Source: Setoptus koraiensis
Lineage: Eukaryota > Animalia > Arthropoda
Assembly: GCA_048013815.1 (NCBI GenBank)
Contig: CM106586.1
Location: 16,430,001 to 16,494,000, forward strand
DNA length: 64,000 nt
Direction of reading: 5' to 3'
Of the stretch, positions 27,103 to 39,940 are shown piece after piece. A program made the translations under genes and the position numbers. Within the stretch, counting starts at the first letter, position 1, and every line of letters starts with the position of its first letter. The notes beneath the pieces were generated by a model that saw only the letters and a list, made by a program, of their open reading frames with translations, did no database searches and had not been told where the DNA came from.

Positions 27103-28556
27103 AGCGGGCCCCTCGCAAGCGCCAATTCGCGAAACGGGTCGCTGCAATCGCCGTCCGGCGGGCACACTGAGCCGGCCAGGCTGAGGTCGCGGGCCGGCTC
27201 GCAAGTGGCAGAAAAGAGCGGTCGGCATTCGGGTTGGAGGGGCAACAATGGTGGCGCTGTTTGCGATTGCGCACGGTGACAGTTTCGAGCCGAGGCGGCT
27301 TGTTCTGCCGGCCGAACAAATGGCAGAACAATGCGAAATGATGACGATTTTCCAGCGATCGGGCGCGGATATTTGATGAAATGAGAAAAATAGAAAGGGA
27401 AAATATTTTTCATTTCGGTGCGTGACAATGAGCGAATGAAAAAAATTCCAATCTATTTTCGCACACATCTATCAGTTTTCTGGGCGTTAGGTGAATGAAT
27501 TTCATTCAATGAAAGTTGCGCTCGATCGTGCAACGATTTGCGGCGCTACGACACTTTTTTCGGTGCTCACAGAACCAGCGAAACGCGCGTTTGATGGGCG
27601 AGCAATGATTGAAAAACGAACGTGAACCACTGGCGAACTGCGACTTGATTAGCATATCACTTGATTAACGTTATCCCTCTCTCTGCCCCTGTCACAAAAA
27701 AACAACAACGACAACAACAACAACGACGCAACGACGACAACGACGACAACGACGACAACGACAACGACGACAACGACGACAATGACGCGATCAATCATCG
27801 GGCTAATCAAGATGAATTAATATTTGTTCTGTGGACGGCGGATCGTGGCGGCACGCAGCGTGTTGTTGTTGATGTCATTTTTGAATAATATGAGTGGGGG
27901 CATCATTAAGGGGCCCTCGCCACTCGCAGCTCATTAAGACGGGCGACTTGTTTGCATGGTGTGTCAACAAAGTTTCAATTGGCCTAGTTACAGCGTGCAA
28001 CGAGGAGCGCGAGTTTGTGAGCGTTTATGCGAGTTGAGCGCCAGACAACAATGGGGCTTGATTAATTCGCAAACATACGCTTGTGGGCCCCCCGAAAACT
28101 CTTTGTTTGGGCCACTGACGCAACACACACACACAATAATAATAGTATCTATAATAATGATAGTGGTGATGATAATGCGCTGTCTTTATAACATTACGAA
28201 GCATCCAACAAAAACAAGAGCCATCTACAATTTGACAACCAACGACAGTGCCCACGCGCCCCGATAGAATTTCACTTTCTATCATACAAAGACAACAACA
28301 CAGAGCATGTTACGCAACCTAGCTCACTAGGGACCGGCAGAGAAACCGGAAGTGAGCAACACAATCAGCACAATACAATAGCATATTTATTATAAACTGA
28401 TTACATTAACAAGTGCATGCATACATGCTATAGAGTGCTGCTGACTGAAAATTGAGCAAAAACTGAAACGGCTCGCAAATTGATGCAACTGACAATTACA
28501 ATATCTTGACAATTGTTGACAATTGTGAGCAGCAGCAGCAGCAGCACACTTCATTG

Positions 28557-29382
28557 ATGGTGATGGCGTCTGGCAAGAACAGAAACAGCAAAAAGCGACG
28601 AGTGCGACGACGACGACGAAGACGCAAGTTCTGGCCCTCGATTGCGTCACCAAATCGGTGGCTCATTAGCCGTCTTTGTTACCCATTGTGCCATTGTTAT
28701 GATCAATTTAAAATTTCTAGCAGCAACTATTTTTCGCCCACTACTAATGAGCGCATAATTAGCGAACGCAACAGTATTATGCCAAAAACTGGTGACTGGT
28801 CTCATCACCGGATCCTTATGAGTTCACTGTTGATTGTATGGCTAATTAATTGCGTCACAATTACGACTGACTCAGCACTGACGGCGGCGTCGTATGGGGT
28901 GCCGGTCAACGACGGTGGCGCGCTGACCAACGGCAGCACCGTGGACTATGATTCGTTTGGCTCGCATGCCGGCATAAATCAGCCGGGATTATCGCTTGAG
29001 CCGAGCTTATCTGATGAGCACCTTGCCAGCATTGCGACGTCAATAAACAATAATACTGTTATCCGCAACAGTAGCAGTACTGGCCATCAGAGGAGCAAAT
29101 CGACCGGATTGGCGGATAACGACGGCAATAATAACAAACAGCAGCAAAAAGCAACGGAAGCAGCAGCGGAACAGGCGCCTCGGCGCAAAAGATTCGAGGG
29201 CACAACCGTCAGTGTGAGAACGGCCAAATTGGGCACCTTCAGAGGGCGCATAGTTTTTTATGATGAGACGCGCCGGGGCCCCAACAACGGCAACAACGAC
29301 AACAACAACAACAACAACAACAACTTGCAAAATCACCATTTGTACCCTGGCCAGCAGCTGAGGCCAGTGGCCGCCTTCTTAG
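28557..29382 (+). CDS. Nlg: Neuroligin-like protein, exon 1 (start ATG at 28557 or 28779)
   Basis: ATG 28779 gives a signal-peptide-like MPKT...LMSSLLIVWLINCVTITTDSA. Then the cholinesterase-fold start VRTAKLGTFRG...PVAAFLG. Donor TTAG|gtgagt at 29383. Confidence 0.85.
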
Positions 29383-29600
29383 GTGAGTAGTTCTCACAGT
29401 AGAGTGATTATTCAAGCGACCGAGCGGGGGCCCCCGACAAGTCGCGGGGGCCCAAACGACTCGCGCGCAACTGGCTCCAACTCATTTATCTTGTTTGCTG
29501 TTCACCTGTGCATGACTCACTCGCTCGCAACTAACTGTTTTATCCGTCTTGCGCTTCTCGTATGAATAATAAAAATGTCAATTTATTATTATGCAATGCA

Positions 29601-29637
29601 CCGACCGACCGACCGACCGACCGACCGACCGACCGAC
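29601..29637. repeat. (CCGA)9 microsatellite just upstream of the neuroligin exon 2 acceptor
   Basis: Read directly. Confidence 0.9.
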
Positions 29638-29654
29638 AACAACAACAATTGCAG

Positions 29655-30194
29655 GTATTCGTTACGCTAGTCCGCCCATAAAACGATTTCGATTTATGCC
29701 GCCCGCCGTGTACAACAAGTATCAATCTGGCCAAACGTATTCGGCCCAACAATTTGGCTCCGCTTGCATACAGCGCTTTCCCGTGCCCGTCACAAGCCAG
29801 CTAAATTACGCAACAACAGCAGCATCGACAAACAACAACCTCCACTTGACCGCCAACAACAAGACCTCACGACAACACGGCGCCCCTGGGACGAATCCAT
29901 CCAGCACATTGGCGGCAACAACCGCTTCCAGCAGCCACCCCCATTCCGGCCGAAGAAAAACAACCGACCGGGGCCCACATAATGACAAAGAGATGGGCCT
30001 CGACGATCGTTTGGGCCTGCTGCTGATGCCAGAAGCCAGGTATCAGGAGTTCAAATTGTTGTTGCCAAAATTGCAAAATCAATCCGAGGATTGCCTTTAT
30101 CTCAACATATACACGCCAATAATAATGCCACCAAACGACGACCATCACAACGGCGCTGATGATGATGACGCCGACGTTAAAATAGATAGATCGG
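29655..30194 (+). CDS. Nlg: Neuroligin-like protein, exon 2
   Basis: GIRYASPPIKRFRFMPP...SACIQ...NQSEDCLYLNIYTP carboxylesterase motifs; tgcag| acceptor, |gtaagt donor; phase 1 to 1. Confidence 0.92.
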
Positions 30195-33100
30195 GTAAGT
30201 GATTTATCGACTGGGGGCCGATCCGGCGGGCCGCCGCTATCGTTAGCGCGCCGACCCGCCGCCGCCGTCTGCGCACTTTACGCAGCGTTACGCCTCCAAC
30301 TGCCACTGGCTCGCATAAGTTTCCCGGTGGGGCCCCAATTGGGCTCGTCTGGGCCGCTTGCGAGCGCGGCTTCGGGCCGAGCTCGGCTCGATTGCAGCCG
30401 GCAAAGAAAAGCCAGCAACGTTGGCTATTTTACGTTATTTTTATCTCATTTCGGTGTCTATTTTATCCGGCGATTTCCGTGCCACCGACCGCGCCAGCCA
30501 GTATCCGTGTTGCTGTTTGTTGCCGCGCGCGCGCGCGCGTCAGTAGCTGTTTTGTGCGCCCCGGCCGCTACAAGTGACAAGCCACCGGAGAGGTATCCGT
30601 TCCGCGAGGGGCCCATCATTAAGTTGGCCGGCCGCGCCGGAGCGGGGCCGCCTCTCGAGGCACGGTTCGCCTTGTCGAGCGACCGTTCGCCTTCCTTGTC
30701 GGGCCAGCGTTCGCCTTCCTTGTCGGGCCAGCGTTCGCCTCTGCGGGCCGCCGTTCGCCTTGTCGGAAAACGCCCGACAAGGCGCCACTTGCAACTGGCA
30801 ATTCACAAGTGCCCCAACTCGCTCACTAATCTACAAGATTTCAGAATTCGCGCAGCCAGACAATGGCCGAGAGTCTTTAATCATCGCGTGTGTTTGTTTG
30901 GGGCCAGCCAGACACACGCACATTAGACAATGAGCTGATTTTATCCGATAATGCGCCCTCTGTAATATAGCGGTGTGCATAGATTTAATAATGCGGCCCA
31001 CGAGCGCACACACGCACACGCACACCACCGCTATCTGTACACTATCTCGACATGTTGTAGTGCGTGTGCGCGTGCGAACAGTTATACAGTTGAACAGTTA
31101 CATAAGTGAGCGGCGTTTATCCGATCTGATCCGGTCCGATCCACGTCGAAGCGAGCCGAAGCGCGCCAAAACGAGCCGGAACGAGCCGATATTAGATACG
31201 TGGGCCCGGCCTAAGCGGGCCCCATTCGGGGGCGCCCATAAGGGCGCCGCTGGCTCAAGACGATAACGACGATGAAGACGACAAACGATGAGAGCAGTCT
31301 CTTTATCATTTATGCAAATGAGTGTCCCTTCGCTTTGAAACATGTAAATATTATTCCTTGTTGCTCTTGGGCGCGTTGTTTGCATATACGCAGAGAACGC
31401 ACAGAGAATACGCAATCGTTATTCGTTCGCCGTTCAGCGCCCTCGTCGGCGCGCTCCTCGGGCCCCGTTAAGCCGGCACGACGCCCAGAGAGGGCGCATT
31501 ACATCTGGCAGTTGCAGACGACTGCCGGAATGACAATGGCTCGTGTTTGCTCGATTTGAATTGATCTCGATTGGTCGCCAGAAACATGCGACGCGACCCG
31601 ACCCGACGATAGTGACGACTCGTGTCACCGCGCTGACCCCACCGCGACACACCCGCTGCACGGGCTGCACGAGCTACGCGGGCTGCACGGGCTACACGGG
31701 CTGCACTGGCTGCAAATGGGCCAAACGGGTCCGCCCGCCCGGCTCGACGTGGCGAGCCAGCGGCCCGCTCACTCGCTTGCCAGCCCAGTGTCGCAACGAT
31801 CGGGCGGCGGCGGCGCCCGGCATCGGCGCCTAATCGTTGCGTGTCGATGGGCATATAAGTAGCAGCCCTTTGTTTGTGCCTTTGTGTCTTGGGGGGTCCA
31901 GACGCCGCGTCGATGTCGTCGATGTCGCTGTTATCGCTGTCGCTGTCGCTGTTGCCGTTGTCGTTGTTGTCGATGTCGTTGTGTCGCTGTTGTCGCCGCT
32001 GTTCCGGATGACACCGCCGACACTGCAGTCGACGACAATCGCGGCAACGTTCGCACCGGATAAGCGAAACGGGGCCGATGGGCACAAATGGGCAAAAAGT
32101 AAAAAGCCGGGTGCCACTTTTATGATAAAAGTTTTATCCAGTACCTAGGCCGCTGGCCTGGGATAAAACCGCTGTCGGCCGGGCCGGGTCGTCTCGACAC
32201 GAGTCTCGCATACACGCAAACACTGTTCAAGATTTATGTTGGGTTGCGCTTGTCGGGACAGCGCAAGCTGGGGCCCATTTGCAGTTGTAGCTGAGTCGAC
32301 AAAAGCCGGCACTACGTGGCATGTTGATCATCATCATTAAGTATCATCAATTGGTTGGTGGAGATGGTGCCATTACGCAACTACAAGCCACACGCAACTG
32401 TATAACTGTACGCGCTTACAACTCAATTTTCGGTGCAAGGGGGGCCCCGAGCAAGTGAGCCCCACCGAACAGACGGGCCGGCGATGCAAAAAGCCAGCCG
32501 TTTGCATCCGAAATCGCGGTCGCGCATCATCCAATGAAATCCAATTGGAAGCGGACACACAGCTATGCAGCTGCCAACCAATTTAATGCACATTGGCCAA
32601 TTTGTTGGTGCCATGTGGGTGCCATGTCGATGTCATGTTGGCGCCCTCGCGCCCGGCCCGGCCGCCAGGCCCCGTTCGGCGGAACCGCCGACAGCCAATG
32701 TTTACCTAGTCGCCCACTAAATCTCAAATATCGTGGCGTCTTGCCACAGCTCATCAACTAGTGTCCGCGTGCTTGTCCGACCAGAGTGCTCGTCCGACCA
32801 GAGTGCTCGTCCAATGAGAGTGCTCGTGCAACTGGATCGCGCATTTTGGCGCGCCCTTTCCGGTTGGCGGGCCGTCTCGCGCCCCGTTTCGCGCCATCCG
32901 AAAAACTTCAATCGAGCACTCGTGTGTCCAGCGAATGCCGTATGTGCCGTCCATGCCGTGGTGCCCATATTATCGCGGGCCCGGCCGATCGCGCAGAGGG
33001 GCCCACAAGGACAGTGTGTGTGTGTGTGCATATTGTGTGGACGTGATAATATCGCGATATTGCGTCTGGTGCGCGCTGCACCGAAATAAACAGAAATTTA

Positions 33101-34252
33101 TAAATATAATCTGGCGCAATTGCAATGTTGAAATTGCAATTGAAGTCTGATTTCGAGTTTGCCCACTTGAACAGTCAAGCGAGCATGAGAGAACGGCCTC
33201 GACTTTTAACTTTAACGGTTTGAATGGCGCTGTCCATCCGAGGCGATCGTTCGTCAGCGCCAGTTCGCCGGGCGTCGGGTCCCCTCCGAACAAACGCTCG
33301 CCCAACAAACGCTCGCCCAACAACACGAATTACGGACGCGCTAAATGACAGTGGCCCAAACAACAAAAGATAACAAGTTATTGGATAATCTTGCCAACGA
33401 CAGCTCCGCTAACTGCGCCGAAGTGGCGCCCAGTTGAGCCGGCCGCCGCGGACAATGTGCCCGCCGGCGTGTCCCTCAGCCCGATCAGATGGTAGTGATT
33501 GATGGTGGCCCGCGACTAATGGCGATCACATGCGACTTCTCGCATAGGCGCCCCACTGGCCACCATGGGCGACTTCTGGCCGCCATAGGAAATACGAAAT
33601 GATGATGATGATTCCTTTATTTCGTGTGCACTCAAACAAAGCCTAGCGCCTATGCAATCTAATAGCCAGTCGGCGGCCAATGAATTGTTCGCCAGAACGA
33701 CGGGCCCCCCAAAAGAACGGATCAAATAGGCCCGATCTGATCGGAATCGAATCGAATCGAATTTGCGCATATGCACACTGTTAACTCGGCACCGCTCAGA
33801 TGGCTAACTGTAAATATCTATTGGTTCATTCACACCATTCAATGGGGAACCCTTCGGGCTATTAGTGGCTGGCTGTGTCTGGTTGGCATGGCGACCGTCG
33901 CCCATAATGGTTTCTCGAATGCTCTCTCATTGGGCCAAAAATTGTAATGCCGCTCAAATTTGTAGTGATTTTCAATTGAATCAATAATCGATAATTGAGC
34001 GGCAATTATCATTTCAGATCATCAGAACACACACACTTAATTGCACGACAGTTTGTCAATTAATTGTGTGTGATTTGAGATTGCCATGCAAGTTTCTCTG
34101 TTCGAATTCTGCATTTGACCTCGTCTATTGGATCGTCTCGAACGACCAAAATTTCGTCTATCGAAGTTCAGTTGACAGCAGTTCGCACATACCCCGACCC
34201 GAGCCAAAACTCTGGCCCCAGCTTCTGGCCCACAATTCCGGCTAATTTGTCA

Positions 34253-34350
34253 CCGAAAAGTTTTCGGTTCTTTGCACGTTTTCCGAAAGTTTTCGGTTCT
34301 TTGCACGTTTTCCGAAAGTTTTCGGTTCTTTGCACGCTTTCCGAAAGTTT
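34253..34350. repeat. 29-bp tandem array (ccgaaagttttcggttctttgcacgtttt), about 3.3 copies
   Basis: Read directly. Confidence 0.9.
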
Positions 34351-34510
34351 GCATAGAAAGCAACAATTTTCGCACGTTCAACATGACCGACTTGACCTGC
34401 AATTCAACCTTACGCTCAAACCTTGATTGAACCTTAATTAATCTCTCTTCGATGCGCTTACTCGCCATTTAATCTTGACCAATGGCAACGTTCGATGATA
34501 CTCGCAACAG

Positions 34511-34825
34511 CCCATTCGGACGGCCTCAACGGCGCGCACAGTTCTCAGGCGGGCGTATGGCCAGCAGGCTCGGGTCAATCAATGGACGACAGCGGCAAAA
34601 TGGGGCCCAACTGGCGAGCCGCGCACACAAACAGCGTCAATAAAGGGATAAATAAAAGCAGCGAGCTCGAATTGAGAGTGAGCAAGGAAAACAGGAAGCC
34701 AGTGCTTGTCATAATACATGGGGAATCATTTGATTACGGCGCCGGGCACGCTTACGATCCGCGCTTTTTGGTCAGCACAAGCAATATATTAGTGATAACA
34801 TTTAACTTCAGATTGGGCCTTTTAG
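34511..34825 (+). CDS. Nlg: Neuroligin-like protein, exon 3
   Basis: KPVLVIIHGESFDYGAG...ILVITFNFRLGLLG; HGES in place of the esterase HGGG is neuroligin-like. Donor |gtgagt at 34826. Acceptor at 34511 preferred; 34568 is also in phase. Confidence 0.9.
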
Positions 34826-36430
34826 GTGAGTAGCGACACACACACACACACTCAAACAAACAAACAAAAACGCAAACGACAAACAGACAAGCAGATATAC
34901 GCGCGTCTAATTAACAGCAGCTTCCATTCTGGCCCCAACGGATATCCGTTGGGGCCCCTTCGGAAGACGGCGTTTGTTGGTCGCTTGCGAGACGCTGTGG
35001 CGAGACGCGGTGGCCTGACACGAACGAGCTAAAGGTCAGCGCCATCAGGAACGAGTCGCCATTGCGAGGGCGATGGGCGAGTTATTGATCAATTGGCCGG
35101 CGCGATTGTTCAAGCCAATCACGTTGGGCCGAGCGTGACCACTGACAGTCGGATATACATACACAAGTGGACACACATATATTATAAATGTCGCCGTGAT
35201 AAATGTTGGCGCGTGTTTACATACGACAGCGTTCAATTCAATATTGTCGTGTGATTCCTGTTACGCAATCCTGTTTTTCTTCGCTTTGGCGCTAATCAAT
35301 TGGCGAGCGAGATGCGCACGAAAATTGCTGGAGATTCTCGTTGTCGTGCCAACAAATGAGTTGACTCGGCGGACTTTGCGTTGTCGCTCGCCTAAAACAC
35401 AAGCTACTTAGAATGCCATTATGAGAGACAGATAAACTTATTAGCTTTTATATCACAGCGCAACAGCGCCAGCAGCCAGCTACCCGTTGTGGCCAGACAG
35501 AGAGAGAGAGAGAGAGAGAGAATTGCGTGGAGTTGTTGTATCAGCTTTAGGTGGTCGTATTACGTAATATATTTTCGTGCTGCTTGCTTGCGTCTTGTTA
35601 AGAGACTTGGCGGCAAAAAGTAATTTGTTTGTGTGCTCATTTGCGCGTAAAAACACGCTTCCTTACACATAAATTGCAACATATAAATATAAATGCACAT
35701 TTGTTTGCCGGGCCTGGCCGGCCCGGCCCGGCCGTCACTGGGCCCGGCAGTGTCGGTTTCATTCTCATTTTCAGTTTCATTTTGCGTTTCACTTGCGCTC
35801 AAAACATTGTCGGCCGGTCCCTGCAGCAGACGCCCCCTGTGGCCCGCGCTCGAATTATCCGATCCGCTTAGGCTGATTTCTGGATTCTGCCCCCACAGTC
35901 TCGACGGCCACCACTAACAACCGTTGCAAGTTACATAATGTTTGCAAACATTGGCCAGCGCCTTGATTGGCCACACAATCAACGTAAATCAGCGCCCGCT
36001 CGTACCTGGCGGCTAAATGGCGGCCAACGACGACGACAACGATCAACCAGACATTACATTGTGAGCTAACCGTTTGATTTTGGCCCGCAAGCTGCCATTT
36101 GGGCGCCAGCGAGGCATTTACTTGTGGCGCAATAACGCTTATGTAATGCGCGATGAATAGCGGCTAACAAGAGCGACAACATCACATTAACATGACGCAA
36201 CAGAGGCAACGGGGCCCCCGCATTCACGTTGCACACAACAACCTGATACCTGACATTTTCGCGGGCTGACTTATGGCCGAGCCGGGCGACGCCAGCCAGG
36301 CATTGTCTTGATTAATTGTGGCCGCTCCGACGGCGGCGGCACCCGCGCCAAAGCGACGGATTCTTCTTCTCTCGTTGCCCAGTCGCGAACGAGGGGCGAA
36401 GAATCCCCCTTTCTTCTTCTTCTTTGTTGC

Positions 36431-36489
36431 TCGGTCGCTCGGTCGGTCGCTCGGTCGGCCGGTCGGTCGGTCCGTCGGTCGGTCGGTCG
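36431..36489. repeat. Imperfect (TCGG)n tract in neuroligin intron 3
   Basis: Read directly; reverse complement of the CCGA unit at 29601. Confidence 0.85.
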
Positions 36490-38148
36490 CCGCATACGCG
36501 GCGCGGCGCCGCGCAGATTATCCCGCTAACCGTTAGATCATCGTGGGCGCAGCATATCACGTAAACGGCGTTCGTGTGTCGGAGTCCCGAGTTCGGAGTG
36601 GCGAGTTCGCGGGCCGGAGCGGCCTTCGAAAGAGCGGAATATGGCCGAATATTGGGCCACTTTTGCATACGCTAACAGCCCGTTAGTAGCCCGCAGAGCC
36701 GACTCGCAATTGATGCCTCGCCTCTATGGTCAGGTAAATTTGTTGTGGCGCTCCTCGGCGATCTCTGGCGGCGCTTTCTGGCGGCGAACGCGCCGGCCCG
36801 TCCGCTCGACAGCAACAAACGGCCCATTGCAAACATTGTATCGGCCCGCTACAAACATTGTATCGGCCCGTTGGCTACCGTCGAGCGGCAAGCGAGAAGC
36901 CAGTGGCAGCAAGGAGAAGCCAGCACAAAAGTGGGCATAAATTATAATAATAAAGGGGCCCATTGGGCCGTGTTACGCAATGTCAGTTGTGACAACTTTG
37001 ATCTGATCCACTGCACTCACCGGCGCTGATCAACTGCAACTCAAACACACAATGTTGCCAGCCGACCGACCGCCGTTACTCACCGCCGATATACTAGCCG
37101 TAATGTGCGTTACGTAACCATAACGGCATATTACATTAGCAATAACGCGCGTCGCTATCTCGCCAGCGTCACGTTCCGCCTTATTTGTTACGTAAATACG
37201 TTACGTACTCGTGCCAGAGATAGAGCCGGCCGCTGCTATTTAAACATGCTCAAATTATTGTTATATTAAATATAAATAAACCGCGCGCGGCGACGACAGA
37301 AAATGATTATCTTCCATTGTGGCTCGCGCGGTTTGCGCGCCCGTGCGACGCGACACCTGTGAAAACAGCCCCTTCGAGGGGGCCCCGGCCCAACAGGCAC
37401 CAAATTGAAGATGGGGCCGGCCTCGAGTGTCTCCGGCGAGCGCAATCTTGCCGGCGCTGCTGCCAAGCGGCCCATGAGAAGCAAAGAAGCTGACGGTGCG
37501 CGCCGTGCAAATAAAAAAATGTTGTTATTGTTTCATTGTTATTGCTACAGCCATTATTATTATTTCCATAACTGGTGCCATTGCTGCCGTTGGCATGATT
37601 GGTACTTAAACGATACGAAAGCAAGCTTGCGTGAGCGCCCCCTGCGCAACCTTGCATATACCCTTGCATGCTACAAAGAGCCAAGGGGCTCTTTGGGGCC
37701 ATTTCCGAGCCGGCGAGAATTTTCACTTTGGCCAGGCTTTTTGAGGCAGAAAAAGCACGCTGCCTGGCGCCCTAATGCCCGAATGCCGCGAAACGTTTCT
37801 CAAAAACGGTGCTGCCCGGTGTTTACATCATTTGTGCTATTTCCAGTCAATCCCAGTTGGCTGGTAGCGGGCGGCTGGTTGCTGGTGGCGGGCGCGGGCA
37901 CGGGCGCGACGAAATAAGCGAAATAAGCCAGTGAATAATAAGTTCGCGGAAAATGAGCACAACAGTCAGGTGGACAGAAATAACAAGAATGAGGTGCATT
38001 TAATGAGCACCGACATTAGGCAAAATACCACCTAATGCAACAGTAACAATCTATATCTAGATGCACCGAGCGTCTAGATACACAAACACTGAATGTAAAT
38101 ACTGCGCATTCGAGTTGGCACAACCGGCCCGAGAGGGGCCCGCCTTTT

Positions 38149-38232
38149 CCGAATCGCTCCCTCCGAATCGCTCCCTCCGAATTGCTCCCTCCGAATTGCT
38201 CCCTCCGAATTGCTCCTTCCGAATCGCTCCCT
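38149..38232. repeat. 14-bp tandem array (ccgaatcgctccct), 6 copies
   Basis: Units start at 38149, 38163, 38177, 38191, 38205 and 38219. Confidence 0.9.
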
Positions 38233-39307
38233 TCCGTCGGGAGGCTTCCGAATGGCTCCGGGTTCGGCGAGCAGGGGCACCCTCTTTTTCCGAAAAAATT
38301 TTTCGGGTGCTTTTCAACAGAGATGGCCTACAGAGATGGATACCAATATAGAGCCATTGTCACACTGGCTCCATATTATATAATACGGACTCGATGTGGG
38401 ACCGGTGTGATTATAGTTTATATTCACGGCTAGCGCGGAAAAAAGTTTTCGCGCCAAGACTGAACCGAAAAAACAAAACTGACTGACCACCCGAAAAGTG
38501 TCCGCCCAAATCGGCCACTGATTTCGGAGTGCGAATCCGAACTGATGATCGGACTTCGATCATCGGACGAGCTGTTTTTCGTCGGAATTGCGGCTCAATT
38601 TGAGTGTCGTGAACTCAATGAATTTTCCAAACTGGAGCGCGACTTCACACTGAAACAGAAGCTGGGTTTCATGCGATCGCGGCGATGCCTCTCGTCACAA
38701 GGGTCTTGTGAGACTTGGGAACATAATTATAAATAATGAACGGCTCGATAATCGGCGCAATTCTCGTGCCGGAATGCACGAGACCTGCGCTGAAAAATTT
38801 TTGAAATCTCGTTGAATCTTTTGAGCGAGTCTCGTGATTTTTTTTTCTGTCTCCGAAAATCACTTTCAACTTTGCACACTTTGTACCGGTGAGACAAGTC
38901 GACGTCAATTGGATTGGACGCTGCTGTCTGTCCGAATGATATCCAATAACTCATCGGCGACAAGCCCAATAGCTCGACCGGCCAGACCACCGGTATCGGG
39001 CAAAATGGCCGGCATTTCGCTGGACGGCGTTTCGCATTTACGTTATTTACATGGTCGTGCAAACGTACAAACAAACAGAGTGTTTGTTGGCCCGAAAGAG
39101 GCCAACAATTGAACAGACAAATTGCTAACCATCCTATATACCGGTATTTTCTGTTTATCCCTGTTGTGTTGTGTTGCATATTGCAAATCAACAATATTAT
39201 ACAAACAAATATCCATGATGAATGATGTCGCGTTGACGCAATAACCAACCATCGATGAATGAAAATAATAATAATCAATAATTCATTGACAACAACAATT
39301 CACACAG

Positions 39308-39493
39308 GATTCCTGCCAAAGATCGAGGGCGTATCACGAGGCAATTTTGGCTTAATGGATCAGGTGGCCGCTCTTCACTGGATTCATGAGAATATTGATG
39401 CCTTCGGTGGCGACAAACGAAACGTTACATTAATGGGCTCGCGTTATGGCGCCATCTTTGTCCATTTTCTCATGGCCTCGCCAATGGTCAAAG
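39308..39493 (+). CDS. Nlg: Neuroligin-like protein, exon 4
   Basis: [38 protein letters not shown]; the nucleophile elbow GxSxG is replaced by GSRYG, so non-catalytic. cacag| acceptor and |gtgagt donor; phase 1 to 1. Confidence 0.95.
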
Positions 39494-39910
39494 GTGAGTT
39501 TCAATATTTGTTCATTTGCCTCTTTGTTTATTCATTTGTTTATCTAGCCACTCCAGGCCACTTTGGTCCACTTCACTTCGATCCCATTCGCACTGCAGTC
39601 AATCTAATCCGGCGCGATACGACACAATTCGCTTTGTTTCGCTCCAATCCACTTGCCACTCAGCTACCTGGGCACTTGTTTTATTGTTTACTTTGATATT
39701 GAACTTATTGTTGACTCGATTATTGTCCCAAATTGGGCCACCATATGCACCGCTGACCAACCGGCTCGCACCCGAGCCAAAAGATGACTTTGTGTGAGTG
39801 TTTGCAATTTGTGATTAGCTCGGCGGCCCGACGAGACCCAACGAGACCCAACGAGACCCAACGAGACCCGACGAGACCCCATGAGAAAGCGCTGGTTCAG
39901 TCGGCGACAG

Positions 39911-39940
39911 CCACTGAAAAATGTGCCAGCCAACAATCAG
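39911..39940 (+). CDS. Candidate alternative neuroligin microexon (ATEKCASQQS)
   Basis: gacag| 30 nt CAG|gtgagc; frame-preserving and stop-free between exons 4 and 5. No transcript evidence. Confidence 0.35.

Noticed and set aside
36679-36733. Possible cassette exon in neuroligin intron 3 ending CAG|gtaaat
   Set aside because: None of the nearby AG acceptors gives a length divisible by 3 (35, 37, 44, 47, 55 nt).
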